Assembly: GCF_038025025.1 (NCBI RefSeq)
Contig: NW_027117339.1
Coordinates: forward strand, 2,356,001 to 2,420,000
DNA from: Phyllosticta citribraziliensis
Lineage: Eukaryota
Reading direction: 5' to 3'
Length of the DNA: 64,000 nt
The notes beneath the pieces are model-generated. The model saw only the letters and a list, made by a program, of their open reading frames with translations, was not told the DNA's origin and made no database searches. A program made the translations under genes and the position numbers. This document shows positions 34,149 to 45,059 of this stretch, piece by piece (the stretch's first letter is position 1; every line of letters begins with the position of its first letter).

Positions 34149-37100
34149 TCAAGCATTGTCCCAATTCCTCCACTGGCATCCACACCCACCGGTTCCACCG
34201 TCGATGCCACCAGGACCTCCATCCTCTGTCGACACCGTCACGTTTCCATACGGCCCCTTTGAAGGATTCACAGCCTTGCCGCCAAAATCCCTGTCCTCCA
34301 GCTGCAACTTGGCGCTGTCTTCTATGTACTTTCCGTCGTCGTCCAAGCTCCAGCAGTAGACCATCTTCTCCGTCACATTGCCGCCGTGCCGATCAATGCT
34401 GACGGTCACTGGGTATGCAAACGAGCCCGGTTGATTGAAGTCGACCCCGCTGGTAGCCGAGGCGGACGCAGCAGACGCAGTCGACGTCGCGGTCGAGCTT
34501 CCCACCAACAGGGACTTTGAACTCTGGCTGTTGGTCCAGATTTGCACGAGCATACGAGTCTGCGCCCACGTGCAGCGATACCTGGCTGCCTCCTTGGTTG
34601 CGCCACCATTCTGATCCGCCGAGAGTTCGCCAGTGTCGCTCGAGTTGCTGGCGACTGTGTTCTTGAGGAAGATGGAGCGATTGTAGTAATTGTAAAACCC
34701 ATAATGCTCGTCACTTCTGCCACGGTTGTACAAGCGCAAAGGCTGGTTCTTTGGGTAAAAAACGAGATTGCCCGCCGCAGCAGTGCCATCAGAATCCTCT
34801 TCCGGATCGGGAATAATGTCGGCGATGCTTCCGTTGGAAGAAGAACTACTGGCGCGCTTAACAAGTCGATACGAAACGTGGTCGCCAGAGTAGAACGTGA
34901 TGAAGAAGGGCGTCTCCTCTCCGGAAAAGGGCTGGCTGTTGCCATCAGTGGTGTTTCCGAGAAAGTTCTGGTCCTCCATGCCTGGCGCAGCAGGCGAGGC
35001 CACTGGTTCCGATGCTCGCCTCAACAGATCCAGCAGCCGGCGTTTCTGGACTGCAGTCTTCAAAGGAATGGTCGACGAAGCATTGGAGACAGTGCCATTC
35101 ACGAACTCGATCTGGAACTTGAAGTTGGGCTGATCAGGGTCGTTTGGCTCAATGTCGTCCTGCTCGTCCTTGGGAACAGCACAACTCCACATCGTATTTG
35201 GAGAGGTGCAGCCGTTCTCGGAGAAGAAGTTGTCGGGTCTCGCGATAGTCGCCACTCCCGTGGGAATGGGTGGATATCCCGTCAAGTTCAGCCACACCGA
35301 TGGAATGTCAGGAGCGGGAGCAGTCGAAGATGAAGCTGGATCGCTCGAGCTTGAAGACGACGAACCTCCAGTGCCAGACGAAGAAGACGAGTGGTGGCTG
35401 CGAGGAAGAAGAGCGCCGAGTAATGCGGCCATGATGATCAAGAGAATCAAGAAAATCAGGCAGCAACAGCAACAGCACCGCCTTCTTTTCTTCTTCTTCT
35501 TGACAGCCGGATCCTTGGGGTCTCTGGGATCTCTGGGATCTTGAGGATTATTCTGCTTCTTCCACGGCCACAACGACCAATACCCGCCGGCACCTTTCCT
35601 GCGAGGCATCTTGGGTGCCTTTTCAAATTCGTGCTTGATCACAACAGGATTCTCTGCCTTGTTTTTCGAAAATTGAAAAACGCTGCGAGAGCTCTGCTCT
35701 GATGTGTGAGAGTGGGTTTGATTTGGAGGAGGTGGGAAGTAGAGTGCTGTGGCCTGGGGAGCCGTCGAGGTCGATGCTGCAGGAGCCTGCCTCGGGCATT
35801 CGTTTCGATGCTCGGCCTGGAGCATCTGAGGAGAAGGCTCTTCTTCGACGGTAGCATTCATGCTGCGAGGCGTGCTGGCAGGATCGTTTGACTTGTGCAC
35901 AGCACGAGCAGAGAGCACAGCGCCCAAGGCAGCGACACCAAGAACTGGCGTGGTGTCAGTACTCCGCAAAGTCTCGGTTCGAGCTGGTCGCGGTGGAGGT
36001 CCCCCATCCCTATAAAAGGGCACGCCGTTGTAGTGATAGTGGTGGTTGATGTAAACATTGCCGGCTCCCTGTTGCGTGGGGTCTAGCCGCGCCGTTTGAC
36101 CATATCCCTGTCCCCAAGTGGCTGGGGTCCCCCGATCGTCTGGGCTAAACGTCTCTGATTGCAACGATTGGCTGAGAGGCCTTGGTTGCGATTTTCCTGA
36201 CGTTTCGTGGCTTCCAACGCCCGTCGAAATGCCCAGATCGTCATGCGTTCGCGGTGACTCATTCGCCGGTGAGTGTTCCCAACTTGCGGGGCTGTACATG
36301 GCTGGACTGAAGACAGTGGAAGCCGAGTTTGGTGCCTTGGGTGCCTGCACATGTTCCTTGCCTGTGTCGAGGACAGGTGACTGAGCACGAGTTGGTGTCT
36401 CCTCACGCGCATGCAACGGGGGCGACCTCTGGGAAAACGCAGCCGCTGCAGGGATCATTGGCACATCGGGCGTGGTATTGCCCCTCTCGCTTCCGCTCCT
36501 TGTGCTGAACCGAAACCTGGGTGTCCGAGGAGTGAACTCGAAGGGTGTCGTGATAATATTCCACCATCCCCTTGATCTGTGGGGTGTCGCGGGTATGTTG
36601 GTGTCAATGTACAGCCCAGCAGGCCCCTTGACAGACTTGGGTGTAGCCGGGTTGCCATCCTCTTCAAATACTGTCGTTCCGGAAGCCATCTTGTCTCTTT
36701 TTCTCTGCGGGGTCGTCGACATATCGACCAAGCCAGGGTACTTTTCGGGAGACGAACCATCATCGTTGCCATCCTTGGGGCCACGTTCGGGCAATGGCTG
36801 AGCTTGCAGCTGGCCAGCATAACTTGACGGTATTGCTGGCACTGCTGGGATCTCTCCGTTTGAATGATACACCGTGTACGCATTTGTGGCTCGTGAGTAG
36901 ACGCTCGATGCTGGTCTGGGTCGGGTGTTTGCTGGAGCCAACCAGCCTGTCCTCTCATACGCCGGAGTCACAATTATGGTTGGCGCATCTCCCGAGGTTG
37001 CCGTGCCGGACCTTTGGCGCGTGATGTGGGAAGGGTCGAGAAGATCCCCATGGTGTGAAGAGACTGGGCTGGAGTCGTGCTCGTGAGCTTGCTCTGGAGA

Positions 37101-37928
37101 CACTGAAAACCCTATGGTGATGGGTTGGTCCGAAGGTGAAATGTCAGTTGGAGTCTTTTTGACCGGCCCGAGCTCCTTGGAGAAGCCAGGATCGCGATTT
37201 GTTTCCACGGGTACAGGAGGCGGAGGAGGGGTTGGGGGCACAAAAGGCTCCTCTTGGCGTGTCTGTATGGGTTGAGGACGAGATCGCAGAGTCTTGGTCC
37301 TGAAGCCGCGGAACTCATTGTCATTTGGAACCAAGTCTCGGACTTGTTGGTTCTCTTGCAGCTCGTACGTAGGAGCCCTTTCGGGTTCATTGCGTCTGCC
37401 ACCCAAGCCAAAAAATGCCCACTTCTTGGGTTTTGCTGGCGCTCTTGTTTCCTCCGGGACTTTGATGCCCCTGCCAGAATCAAAAATGTTGACTGCTTTT
37501 TCCCGAGGATAGATCTGTTTTGGCCTGGTTCCGCGGTGGGTCGAAATGCTCGTGTCGACTCTGATTGTGGGCTTTGCTGGTCTCATGGTCTGCGCCAAGT
37601 GCCTCGACTTTCTTTTTGCCTTTTGTCGAGCGGCGTTGCCAAAGGAGATTCTCTTTTGCTTCGCAAAAGCATTCCTCGCCGCGGCTCTGGACGCATCATA
37701 TGTCCAGTCCAGCTCTTGCTGCTGTCTTGTTTCGGCGGTCGAGTCTGTCATGTAAGAGGGAGGCGGAGTGATTTTCGGGGCTTGCAGTGGCAGTTTGTCG
37801 ACATCTGCTGGCGCATGTGCTGGAGAGCGGAAGTCTGCCCAAGTGGTCATGCGTTGTTCTTTGGAGTCGTTGGGCAGGCCGTCAACGCCAGCGTTGGGGT
37901 TGTAGGTTATAGGTTGCAAGGTCGCCAT
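34149..37928 (-). CDS. Large single-pass type-II membrane protein (1259 aa): disordered cytosolic N-terminus, Cys-rich juxtamembrane segment, N-glycosylated Cys-containing luminal domain
   Basis: Single long ORF. KKKKKRRRCCCCCC precedes the TM LIFLILLIIMAALLGALL. Conserved-looking C-terminal domain (WLNLTGYPPIPTG, WSCAVPK, EHYGFYNYY, GGTGGCGCQWRNW). Function unknown. Confidence 0.88.
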   Translation of the reverse strand: MATLQPITYNPNAGVDGLPNDSKEQRMTTWADFRSPAHAPADVDKLPLQAPKITPPPSYMTDSTAETRQQQELDWTYDASRAAARNAFAKQKRISFGNAARQKAKRKSRHLAQTMRPAKPTIRVDTSISTHRGTRPKQIYPREKAVNIFDSGRGIKVPEETRAPAKPKKWAFFGLGGRRNEPERAPTYELQENQQVRDLVPNDNEFRGFRTKTLRSRPQPIQTRQEEPFVPPTPPPPPVPVETNRDPGFSKELGPVKKTPTDISPSDQPITIGFSVSPEQAHEHDSSPVSSHHGDLLDPSHITRQRSGTATSGDAPTIIVTPAYERTGWLAPANTRPRPASSVYSRATNAYTVYHSNGEIPAVPAIPSSYAGQLQAQPLPERGPKDGNDDGSSPEKYPGLVDMSTTPQRKRDKMASGTTVFEEDGNPATPKSVKGPAGLYIDTNIPATPHRSRGWWNIITTPFEFTPRTPRFRFSTRSGSERGNTTPDVPMIPAAAAFSQRSPPLHAREETPTRAQSPVLDTGKEHVQAPKAPNSASTVFSPAMYSPASWEHSPANESPRTHDDLGISTGVGSHETSGKSQPRPLSQSLQSETFSPDDRGTPATWGQGYGQTARLDPTQQGAGNVYINHHYHYNGVPFYRDGGPPPRPARTETLRSTDTTPVLGVAALGAVLSARAVHKSNDPASTPRSMNATVEEEPSPQMLQAEHRNECPRQAPAASTSTAPQATALYFPPPPNQTHSHTSEQSSRSVFQFSKNKAENPVVIKHEFEKAPKMPRRKGAGGYWSLWPWKKQNNPQDPRDPRDPKDPAVKKKKKRRRCCCCCCLIFLILLIIMAALLGALLPRSHHSSSSSGTGGSSSSSSSDPASSSTAPAPDIPSVWLNLTGYPPIPTGVATIARPDNFFSENGCTSPNTMWSCAVPKDEQDDIEPNDPDQPNFKFQIEFVNGTVSNASSTIPLKTAVQKRRLLDLLRRASEPVASPAAPGMEDQNFLGNTTDGNSQPFSGEETPFFITFYSGDHVSYRLVKRASSSSSNGSIADIIPDPEEDSDGTAAAGNLVFYPKNQPLRLYNRGRSDEHYGFYNYYNRSIFLKNTVASNSSDTGELSADQNGGATKEAARYRCTWAQTRMLVQIWTNSQSSKSLLVGSSTATSTASAASASATSGVDFNQPGSFAYPVTVSIDRHGGNVTEKMVYCWSLDDDGKYIEDSAKLQLEDRDFGGKAVNPSKGPYGNVTVSTEDGGPGGIDGGTGGCGCQWRNWDNA

Positions 37929-39754
37929 GGCGAAGAAGAGTGGAGGAAAAGGATGAGGGGAGCTGAGGAAATGAATGTCGTGTTGGGTTGTCCGAGGCCG
38001 TTATTTGTCCAGGATCCAATATTGACGAAAGAGAGACATGAATTAGAAGGAGAAGGAGAGAAACATGGTGTTGAATCAAGGCTGAGACTTTTGTGAGACG
38101 AGAACAATAGGCGGCAAAGTTCACAATGAAAGAAAGGCGAAGTAAAATGAAGTGAAGCAATGCGGCGAGCACGGAAAAGAGGCTGGGAAGGAAAATACGA
38201 CAGTTTTGACAGCGAAAAGTGGAGTGCTTTGCGCACCACACGCTGGCAGGCAGGGCTGGCCAGATGATATGGACCATTCTTTTCTCTTGGTGCAGGACAT
38301 GTACAGCGCGAGCGTGGTCGTCGATTGGTGCAAATGGCAGGTTGTATACGGACATGTAGGCGCCGGGGGATGGTCGCGTTTGGTTGGCTGTCGAAGCGCC
38401 GCAGAGTCGAGAATGCCTGCCGGAGATCATGTTCGCCATGCCGCCCAGCCTAGCAAAACGAAGACCAAGGCGAGCCTCAGACATGGTGCTATCATTAGCA
38501 CACGTCCTCAACTCCAGTCCTCTCGCCTGGCAACGGCTACAAAGAGGAAGCAATGCGTGCGGTCGTCTCCAATGACGTCTCCTAGGCCCGCCGGTTCGTG
38601 CGTTTCGCCTTGATTACCTTACCCCGCGTGATGGCTTTTCCACGATCCAAAACACCAGACTGAAAGCCGTTGGAGACGCTGACTCGGCGGATGGTGAATG
38701 GGTGCAAAGTTTAAACTGACTGCTTTTTCCATTTAACCACTTGGCCCCTCCCCGCCCTCGACTTCCCCACGCCATCATTTCGCCCTCTCTTCGGCCCATG
38801 TCCGTCGATGATCAAGACACGTCGACCCTGACCCCCGCGGCCGACGCAAGGAGTGAAGTGACGGCTGGGTGACCTCTGGGCCATGAAACGCGGCGGCCAA
38901 GGCGTCAGGTTGTATCGTCGCCCTCGCCCTCGCCCGGCCTTGTTGCCCGCCGCCGCAGGGAACCTCCAAATCCCTAGGGCATTGCCGCCAAGTGCTCTCA
39001 ATTTAATTTCCCGCCAAGCGCACTCCTCCATCACGACCGCCATCGCTGCTTGTCGGCCCTCGTCCATCACGACTCCATCTGCTTGCCTTCTCTGATCTTT
39101 TCCTGGCACCTCGCCCGCCCTCGCAGTAGCCAGGCACGCTGCCGACCTTCATCCCTGCCCTCGAGCCCGGACCCTGGCATCGTGCTGCCCCAAACTACCA
39201 CCTCAAAATCTCGACCGCTCCCGCGGCGGCGACTCTACCGCTGACGCTTCGCTCAATTCGTCCTCGACAACGGCCGCTACCATCCGCCTGCCACTTCCCC
39301 CAACGCCGTCCCCAGCCAACCGAGAACGCCATCTCTTCGAGTCAGAAACCTTCTCTGCGGCAGCTAAATCATCCCAACGCCGCCAACTTAACCCTACTCC
39401 CACACCGACTCCGACCCAATATATTGCCCGGACGGTGCGCCGGCACAACACACGCTCAACCTGGCGCCCCCAACCAATTCTTCGTCCGCCTCCGCCCACA
39501 GGCGCCGCCGTTCGTCGGTCGCGAGGAGTGCATCTCCACTGAGCGTCGTGATACCTGAGGACACACCCGACGCCGCACCACCAGCCCATCTATACCACCG
39601 CAACCGAGATTCGCAACAGGGCGCCTCTTCGAGCCTGCCCGAGCGCAGAGGCTTCAGCCAGCCGCTTCCTGCCATCCCCGGCACGCCAGTCTCTCCTGTC
39701 GTGTCTGGGCCTGGCAGCGGCGGCGGTCTTCTACCTACACCCACTACGGCTACC

Positions 39755-41363
39755 ATGTCGCTGTCGCGTTCGCCATCTCCACAACCCGGCGGCGGCTGGT
39801 CAAGTCCAGGCCTGACAACACCCATGAGTCCATACGGGAGCGGAAGCGGCAGCGGCAGCGGCAGTGGCGCGCGGAGCGTGAGCCCGCGCGTCAGCACTTA
39901 TGCGACCTCCAACGGCGCGCATAACGTCACTTGGAGCTCGGCCAAGGCCAGGAGCGCCGAAGTGCGCGCCTTCTCTCCGCGGAGCAGCAACTTTTTCCAA
40001 CGACATTTGCGACGGATATCAGACGGACTACCGCTGTTTGCGAACGGCGGGCTACACAAGGCTGAGAAGGAAAAGGCAGCGCAGCCGTGGGCGCCACAGA
40101 ACAGGACCGGCGGATATGGCGACTTGCCAACCTGGATCTGGCGACGGCTGCGCATGCTCAAGCTGAGATTCTTGCTCATTGTCTTGGTGTTGATTGTCTA
40201 CTTTTTATTACATATACCCCGTAAGGATCTTGGCCATTCGGGCCCGACGGCTGCTAACAGTGCGACAGCAATCGAGCGCATGTATAACCGAAGTTTGTGG
40301 TTTGGTGGTGGCAAGAAATTTGTGGTGCTAGTGGCAGCCAACGTCGGCGGAGGAGTCATGGAGTGGAAGGGCCCGCGCGAGTGGGCGATTGAGCGGGACA
40401 GTGTGAAGAACAAGAAGAAGTACGCCCGGAAATGGGGCTACGAGTTGGAGATTGTCGACATGAGCACGAAGAAGCGGTACGCGCATGAGTGGCGCGAGAG
40501 CTGGGAGAAAGTTGATACGATTCGAAACGCGATGCACAAGTATCCGGACGCTGAATGGTGGGTTCACGTATGATTTGGGTGCAAGGTGTGTGCTAATCTT
40601 GTGCAGGTTCTGGTGGCTAGACCTCAACACCTTCATCATGGAACCCTCCTACTCTCTACAAAAGCACGTCTTTTCGGCGGCCGCCCTTGAAGCTCAAACT
40701 TACCGCGACATCAACGTCTACAATCCGCTCAACATTTTACATCCACTTACCGAACCCTACCTCGATCCCCTGTCACGTTCTGCGACTGGCGACAACAAGA
40801 CTTCTTCAATAAACCTGATAGTCCCACAAGACTGCTCAGGCTTCAATCTTGGTTCCTTTTTCGTACGGCGCTCCACGTGGACAGACCGTCTGCTCGACAT
40901 TTGGTGGGATCCCGTCGGCTACGAGCAAAAGCACATGCAATGGGAGCACAAAGAGCAAGACGCGCTCGAATACCTGTACGCAAACCAGCCGTGGGTGCGT
41001 TCCAACGTCGCCTTCATCCAGCAACGCCGCGTCAACGCCTTCCCACCAGGCGCCTGCGCCGCGCCGCCGCAACCCAAACCCAAGGAGGGCGGCAAGGAGG
41101 GCGAAGAAGAGCTCGAGGAGGGCATCGACCCTCTCGTCCACTACTCGGAGCACGACCGCGATTTCCTCGTCAACATGGCGGGCTGCGAGTGGGGCCGCGA
41201 CTGCTGGGGCGAGATGTACCACTACCGCGAGCTGAGCCGCCGCTTGAATCGCACGTGGTGGGAGCGCACCAAGGAGTCGTTGGGGCGGTGGTGGCGTGGT
41301 GGTGATGGTGTGCGGGATCCCGCCGAGTGGCTGCTTGCTGAGAAGAATGGCGAGGCGAAGTAG
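39755..41363 (+). CDS. MNN10: Golgi alpha-1,6-mannosyltransferase subunit Mnn10, GT34 (exons 39755-40220, 40269-40557, 40607-41363)
   Basis: MSLSRSPSP.PGGGWSSPGL start, TM helix, ANVGGGVMEWKGPREWAIER, KRYAHEWRESWEKVD, EWFWWLDLNT, QDCSGFNLGSFF and MAGCEWGRDCW. Introns of 48 and 49 nt. Confidence 0.95.
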
Positions 41364-41989
41364 TAGAGGGGAGCGCCCTCGTGCCAGATCTTCGTAAAGA
41401 CCTGCCATGAGATTGACGAAGTCTAGGGAGAAACGCGCCAGCAGGCTGAGCAGAGTGGAGACGAGAAAGAATGAATCATCGATACCCCTTTTCGCAACTC
41501 TGTCACCCGCCATTGCGCACCGCTCCGCTGGTTCTCTCGTCAACGACGCACCTATCCCGGACACTTGTGCCAGGAGGAGGGCCGCATAGCGCTGCTCAGT
41601 CCAGTAGACCCATCTTTCCCCAACTCCCATCTATACTTCTCTTTCCCGCTCTTGTCCCCATGTTCTTTTCCTGCTCTCAATTGCTATCTTCTTCTTCTTC
41701 TTCTTCACTTGTCTTACTCTTCACTTTGATCGTCTTTTTTTAACTTTTTCATTCTTCATCACAACCTCTTTTGGTGTCTTTGGCGGCGATGGGAGAGGCT
41801 TTTGGCGGCGTTTTCGCGTTTGCGGTTGCTCTTGGGGAATAGCTATGACTGGGCTTTGTATGATGTTGACGGGATTTTGATTTGGGGGGTGCGGTGGTAT
41901 AGGATGAACAGGATGAATGGGACAGGAGGGGAGCAAGACTTTGTGGTGTGTGAGGTGGGGAATGAACAATGACGAGGTCATGGATGGAT

Positions 41990-43284
41990 GGAGGGAGGGA
42001 GGGAGGGAGGGAGACATTGATATGGACGCAAGACGCAAGACGCCAGGCGCGAGAATGCATGCATGAAGAGATGAATGGATGGATGCTGCAACAGAGAGAA
42101 AGAGAAAGTATGCGCTGATGGTGCTGCTGATCTACGTGCCTACCCATTCTCAAAACGGGCACTGTCGAAGTTGATATCAGCTCCCTTGTCGTGGTGGCAT
42201 AAGAGTGCTCCCTCCACAAGTGGCACATGTTGCCTTTTGCAGAGGGAGCCCAGTCAGACAAGACAGCGTTGGTCTTTCCAGCCAGCCAGCCAGCCAGCCA
42301 GCACAGACGGCGACGGCACGGGACGGAGCGGAGCGAGGCGAAGCGAACCAGGCGAAGCGAGATAGGGCTGTCTGGTCAGATTGTGATGCGTCGATTGGAT
42401 TGGATTACGAGAGGAATGCGCACGTAAGGCACACACACGGCGGAAAATCGGGAGGGTGTGGGTAGAGAGGACGCGGGAATACGGGGGCAGGAATGCGGAA
42501 AACTGATTGTGATCGGCCGCCAGGGAGGAATGGAGGGGGAAGGGTTGCGGACGGGTGAGGGACAAGGGAAGAAGAAGACAGCGGATGGAGGGCTGTGGCA
42601 GATGTTAGTCGTTCATCACCAGCCGCTGTGCTTGGAGAGAGGAAAGATTTTCTGACATTCTACTTCCTCTAGTGGGTGCTCGTGAACGTGCACGCTTGCT
42701 GTGATGGGCAGTACAGGACAGATGCAAACAGATGGCCATTCATAACGCTACAAGAACGCCAACATGCTATCATGTCTGCTTGCTTGCTTGATTGAATGCT
42801 CGCTCAAGTCGAACCGGAAGAAGAATGCAAAACAAGGGAGTAACGCACGACAAAGGCTATGTTTTGGTACACAGCAGAAAAGCCGCCAGCCAGCCAGCCA
42901 CGGACAACAATGACGATGACAATGACTACGAAAACAAAACAAAAAAAGCAGTGTTGCACAATGCACGCAAAAAGAGCCCTATGAAAAGTCGGAGCGAGGT
43001 TGGAGGGAGGTAGACATCGGATGATAGGGTTGTTGGGGGGAGTGTCTATGTACAGTGGACTCGCGTCCATGTGTGTCCATTAGAGCAGAGCAGCGACCAT
43101 TGGATGTGATATCGCGCCCGCTTCCGCCGAATTAACCACATCGCCGTCGCTTGATTGCATCGTCGGTTTTTGTTGCTGATTGATTGTGGTTGAGTGTGTC
43201 GTCTGCCGTTCAACCCTCGGCCGTGTCTACTCCCGCCGCAATGATTCCGATCGGGCTAGCCAGCCAGCCAGCCAGCCAGCCAGC
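41990..43284. repeat. Microsatellite-rich convergent intergenic region: (GGGA)n ~41990-42011 and (CCAG)n at ~42278-42301, ~42886-42900 and ~43258-43284
   Basis: Directly visible tandem tetranucleotide runs. Confidence 0.8.
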
Positions 43285-43366
43285 GAGGCGCATAGAAAAG
43301 AAGTTGGTATAATGGGGGGGTTAGTTGGTTTGTGGGCTCAGCTCAGATGACGCGGAGGGAGGCAGC

Positions 43367-44080
43367 TTAAAAGACAGCCAGCAGCCAGCCAAGCGCACCA
43401 ACCACGGCACCGCTCAGGACGCCCATCTGCACGCCAGCCGCGTGGACGGCGGCGCCGGTGCTCGAAGCCGAGGGCGTGGCCGAGGAGCCAGACGAAGAGG
43501 AGGAGGAAGAGCCCGAGTCGGAGGTGGAAGAGGAGGACGACGAGTCAGAAGTCTTGCTGCTGCTGTCGCTGGACTTGGTCTTGGTCGCCATGCCGCTGCT
43601 GCCGCTGCTGCTGCTGTCGTCGGTGCTGCTCTTGGTCTTGTCCGACGCCGTCTCGGTGCCATTGCCGCCGTTGCTCTGGCTGTTGACGTCGGGCGTGTGC
43701 GTAGCGGAGCCGGGCGTGTGCGTCGCCGCGCCGTTGGAATTGTCATTGCTAGGCGTCGTGGCGGTGCTGCCCTTGTTTCCATTGCTGTCGGGCGTGTTGA
43801 CTGCAGCCGTGCCGGTGGCGGCTCCCGTGGTGGCCGTGGCCGAGGGCACAATCGTTTTGTAGTTGGGCGTCTCGGTGGGCGTCGCGAAGCTGGATCCGCT
43901 GTACGTGTAGCCCTGCGGCATGGTGTCGGCGTCGAAGCTGTCCGGGTTGTCTTGGTACGATGACGCGGCGCGCGCCGCTACGCCGCCGTGGTGTGCGACC
44001 TTGTTGAAGTCGAGGGCGGCGACCGGGGTGGCGGCCATGAGGGCGGCCGCGGTGGAGACGAGGATGGCGTTGGGGCGCAT
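43367..44080 (-). CDS. Secreted Ser/Thr-rich, probably GPI-anchored cell-wall protein (237 aa)
   Basis: Signal peptide MRPNAILVSTAAALMAATPVAA, S/T/G/N-rich body, small-residue omega region (SSTGAA) and a hydrophobic C-terminus GVLSGAVVGALGWLLAVF. Strong GC3 codon bias. Confidence 0.9.
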   Translation of the reverse strand: MRPNAILVSTAAALMAATPVAALDFNKVAHHGGVAARAASSYQDNPDSFDADTMPQGYTYSGSSFATPTETPNYKTIVPSATATTGAATGTAAVNTPDSNGNKGSTATTPSNDNSNGAATHTPGSATHTPDVNSQSNGGNGTETASDKTKSSTDDSSSSGSSGMATKTKSSDSSSKTSDSSSSSSTSDSGSSSSSSSGSSATPSASSTGAAVHAAGVQMGVLSGAVVGALGWLLAVF

Positions 44081-45059
44081 TTTCGTCGTCTGGTGTCGGC
44101 GGTGTTGGTGGATTGAAAAGTTGACGGGTGGAAAAAGATGTGTTTTTTTCTTTCGTTCTGAGGAGCTCCTTTGTCCGGGTGGAATGAAAGACTTTTGTGC
44201 ACAACAATGGGGGTATGTACAAAGTTGGTGAGGATGGACGGCGGAGAATGCAGATGGTTATATTGTAAAGATCGTGAGGCCAGCACCAGGGGGATTGTAA
44301 AGAGAGCAAAGGCAACAAAAGAGAGAAACGTGTGCCAGCAGCCCGTGTTATGTAGTGAGAGGAAAAGAAAGAGAAAAGGAGCAAGACAGGAGAGAAGTGG
44401 GCTTTTGAGCAGGGTGGATAATGAGGTCTGGGGATGTTGAGCCACCTCCAGGTCAGAGCAGCGTCGGCCCAGCCTGAAACAAGCGTCGGCCCGCCCGATT
44501 GGCTGCGTTTGCTGCGTTGAAACTCGTTGCGGCCCGCTGATTGACGCCACGCGAGATTGCCTGGGAAGAGACCAGCAGCGAACCATCCAAGAGCCTCTCC
44601 ATGTCTCTCTCCTCCGCAGCCACCATCACCCATTCAACTCCATCTCTTCATCCTCACTCGCTGTCTTCGCCAGTTCCTGCCAGTCCTACCCTATCTTTAG
44701 CCTCAGGCCTGCGGCATCCAAGCCTGAAATCAGCCACACGCACGTCCAAGTCCGCTGCGTGGCTCGCGCGCTCCCCATCCATGCCCCCGCCAGACCCTTG
44801 ACGGGAGCCCTGATGGTCGAGACTCTGGGGGTGAGAAGTGAGAAGCCTCGAGAGCCAACTCGCCCATTGTTCTGCGCCACATCTCTTCACCGACACTCAC
44901 ACCATTGGCCATGTCTTGCGTCTGTTCATGCTCTCGATTCATTACCCTCTGCGGTAGGGAGTCCCTTTTTCCGTACCAAGTCCGATGCCCCACCGTCCTA
45001 TAAAAAGAAAAGATAAATCTACAGTTGAAAAGGAAAACGTTCCGCCGGCGTCATCGTCA

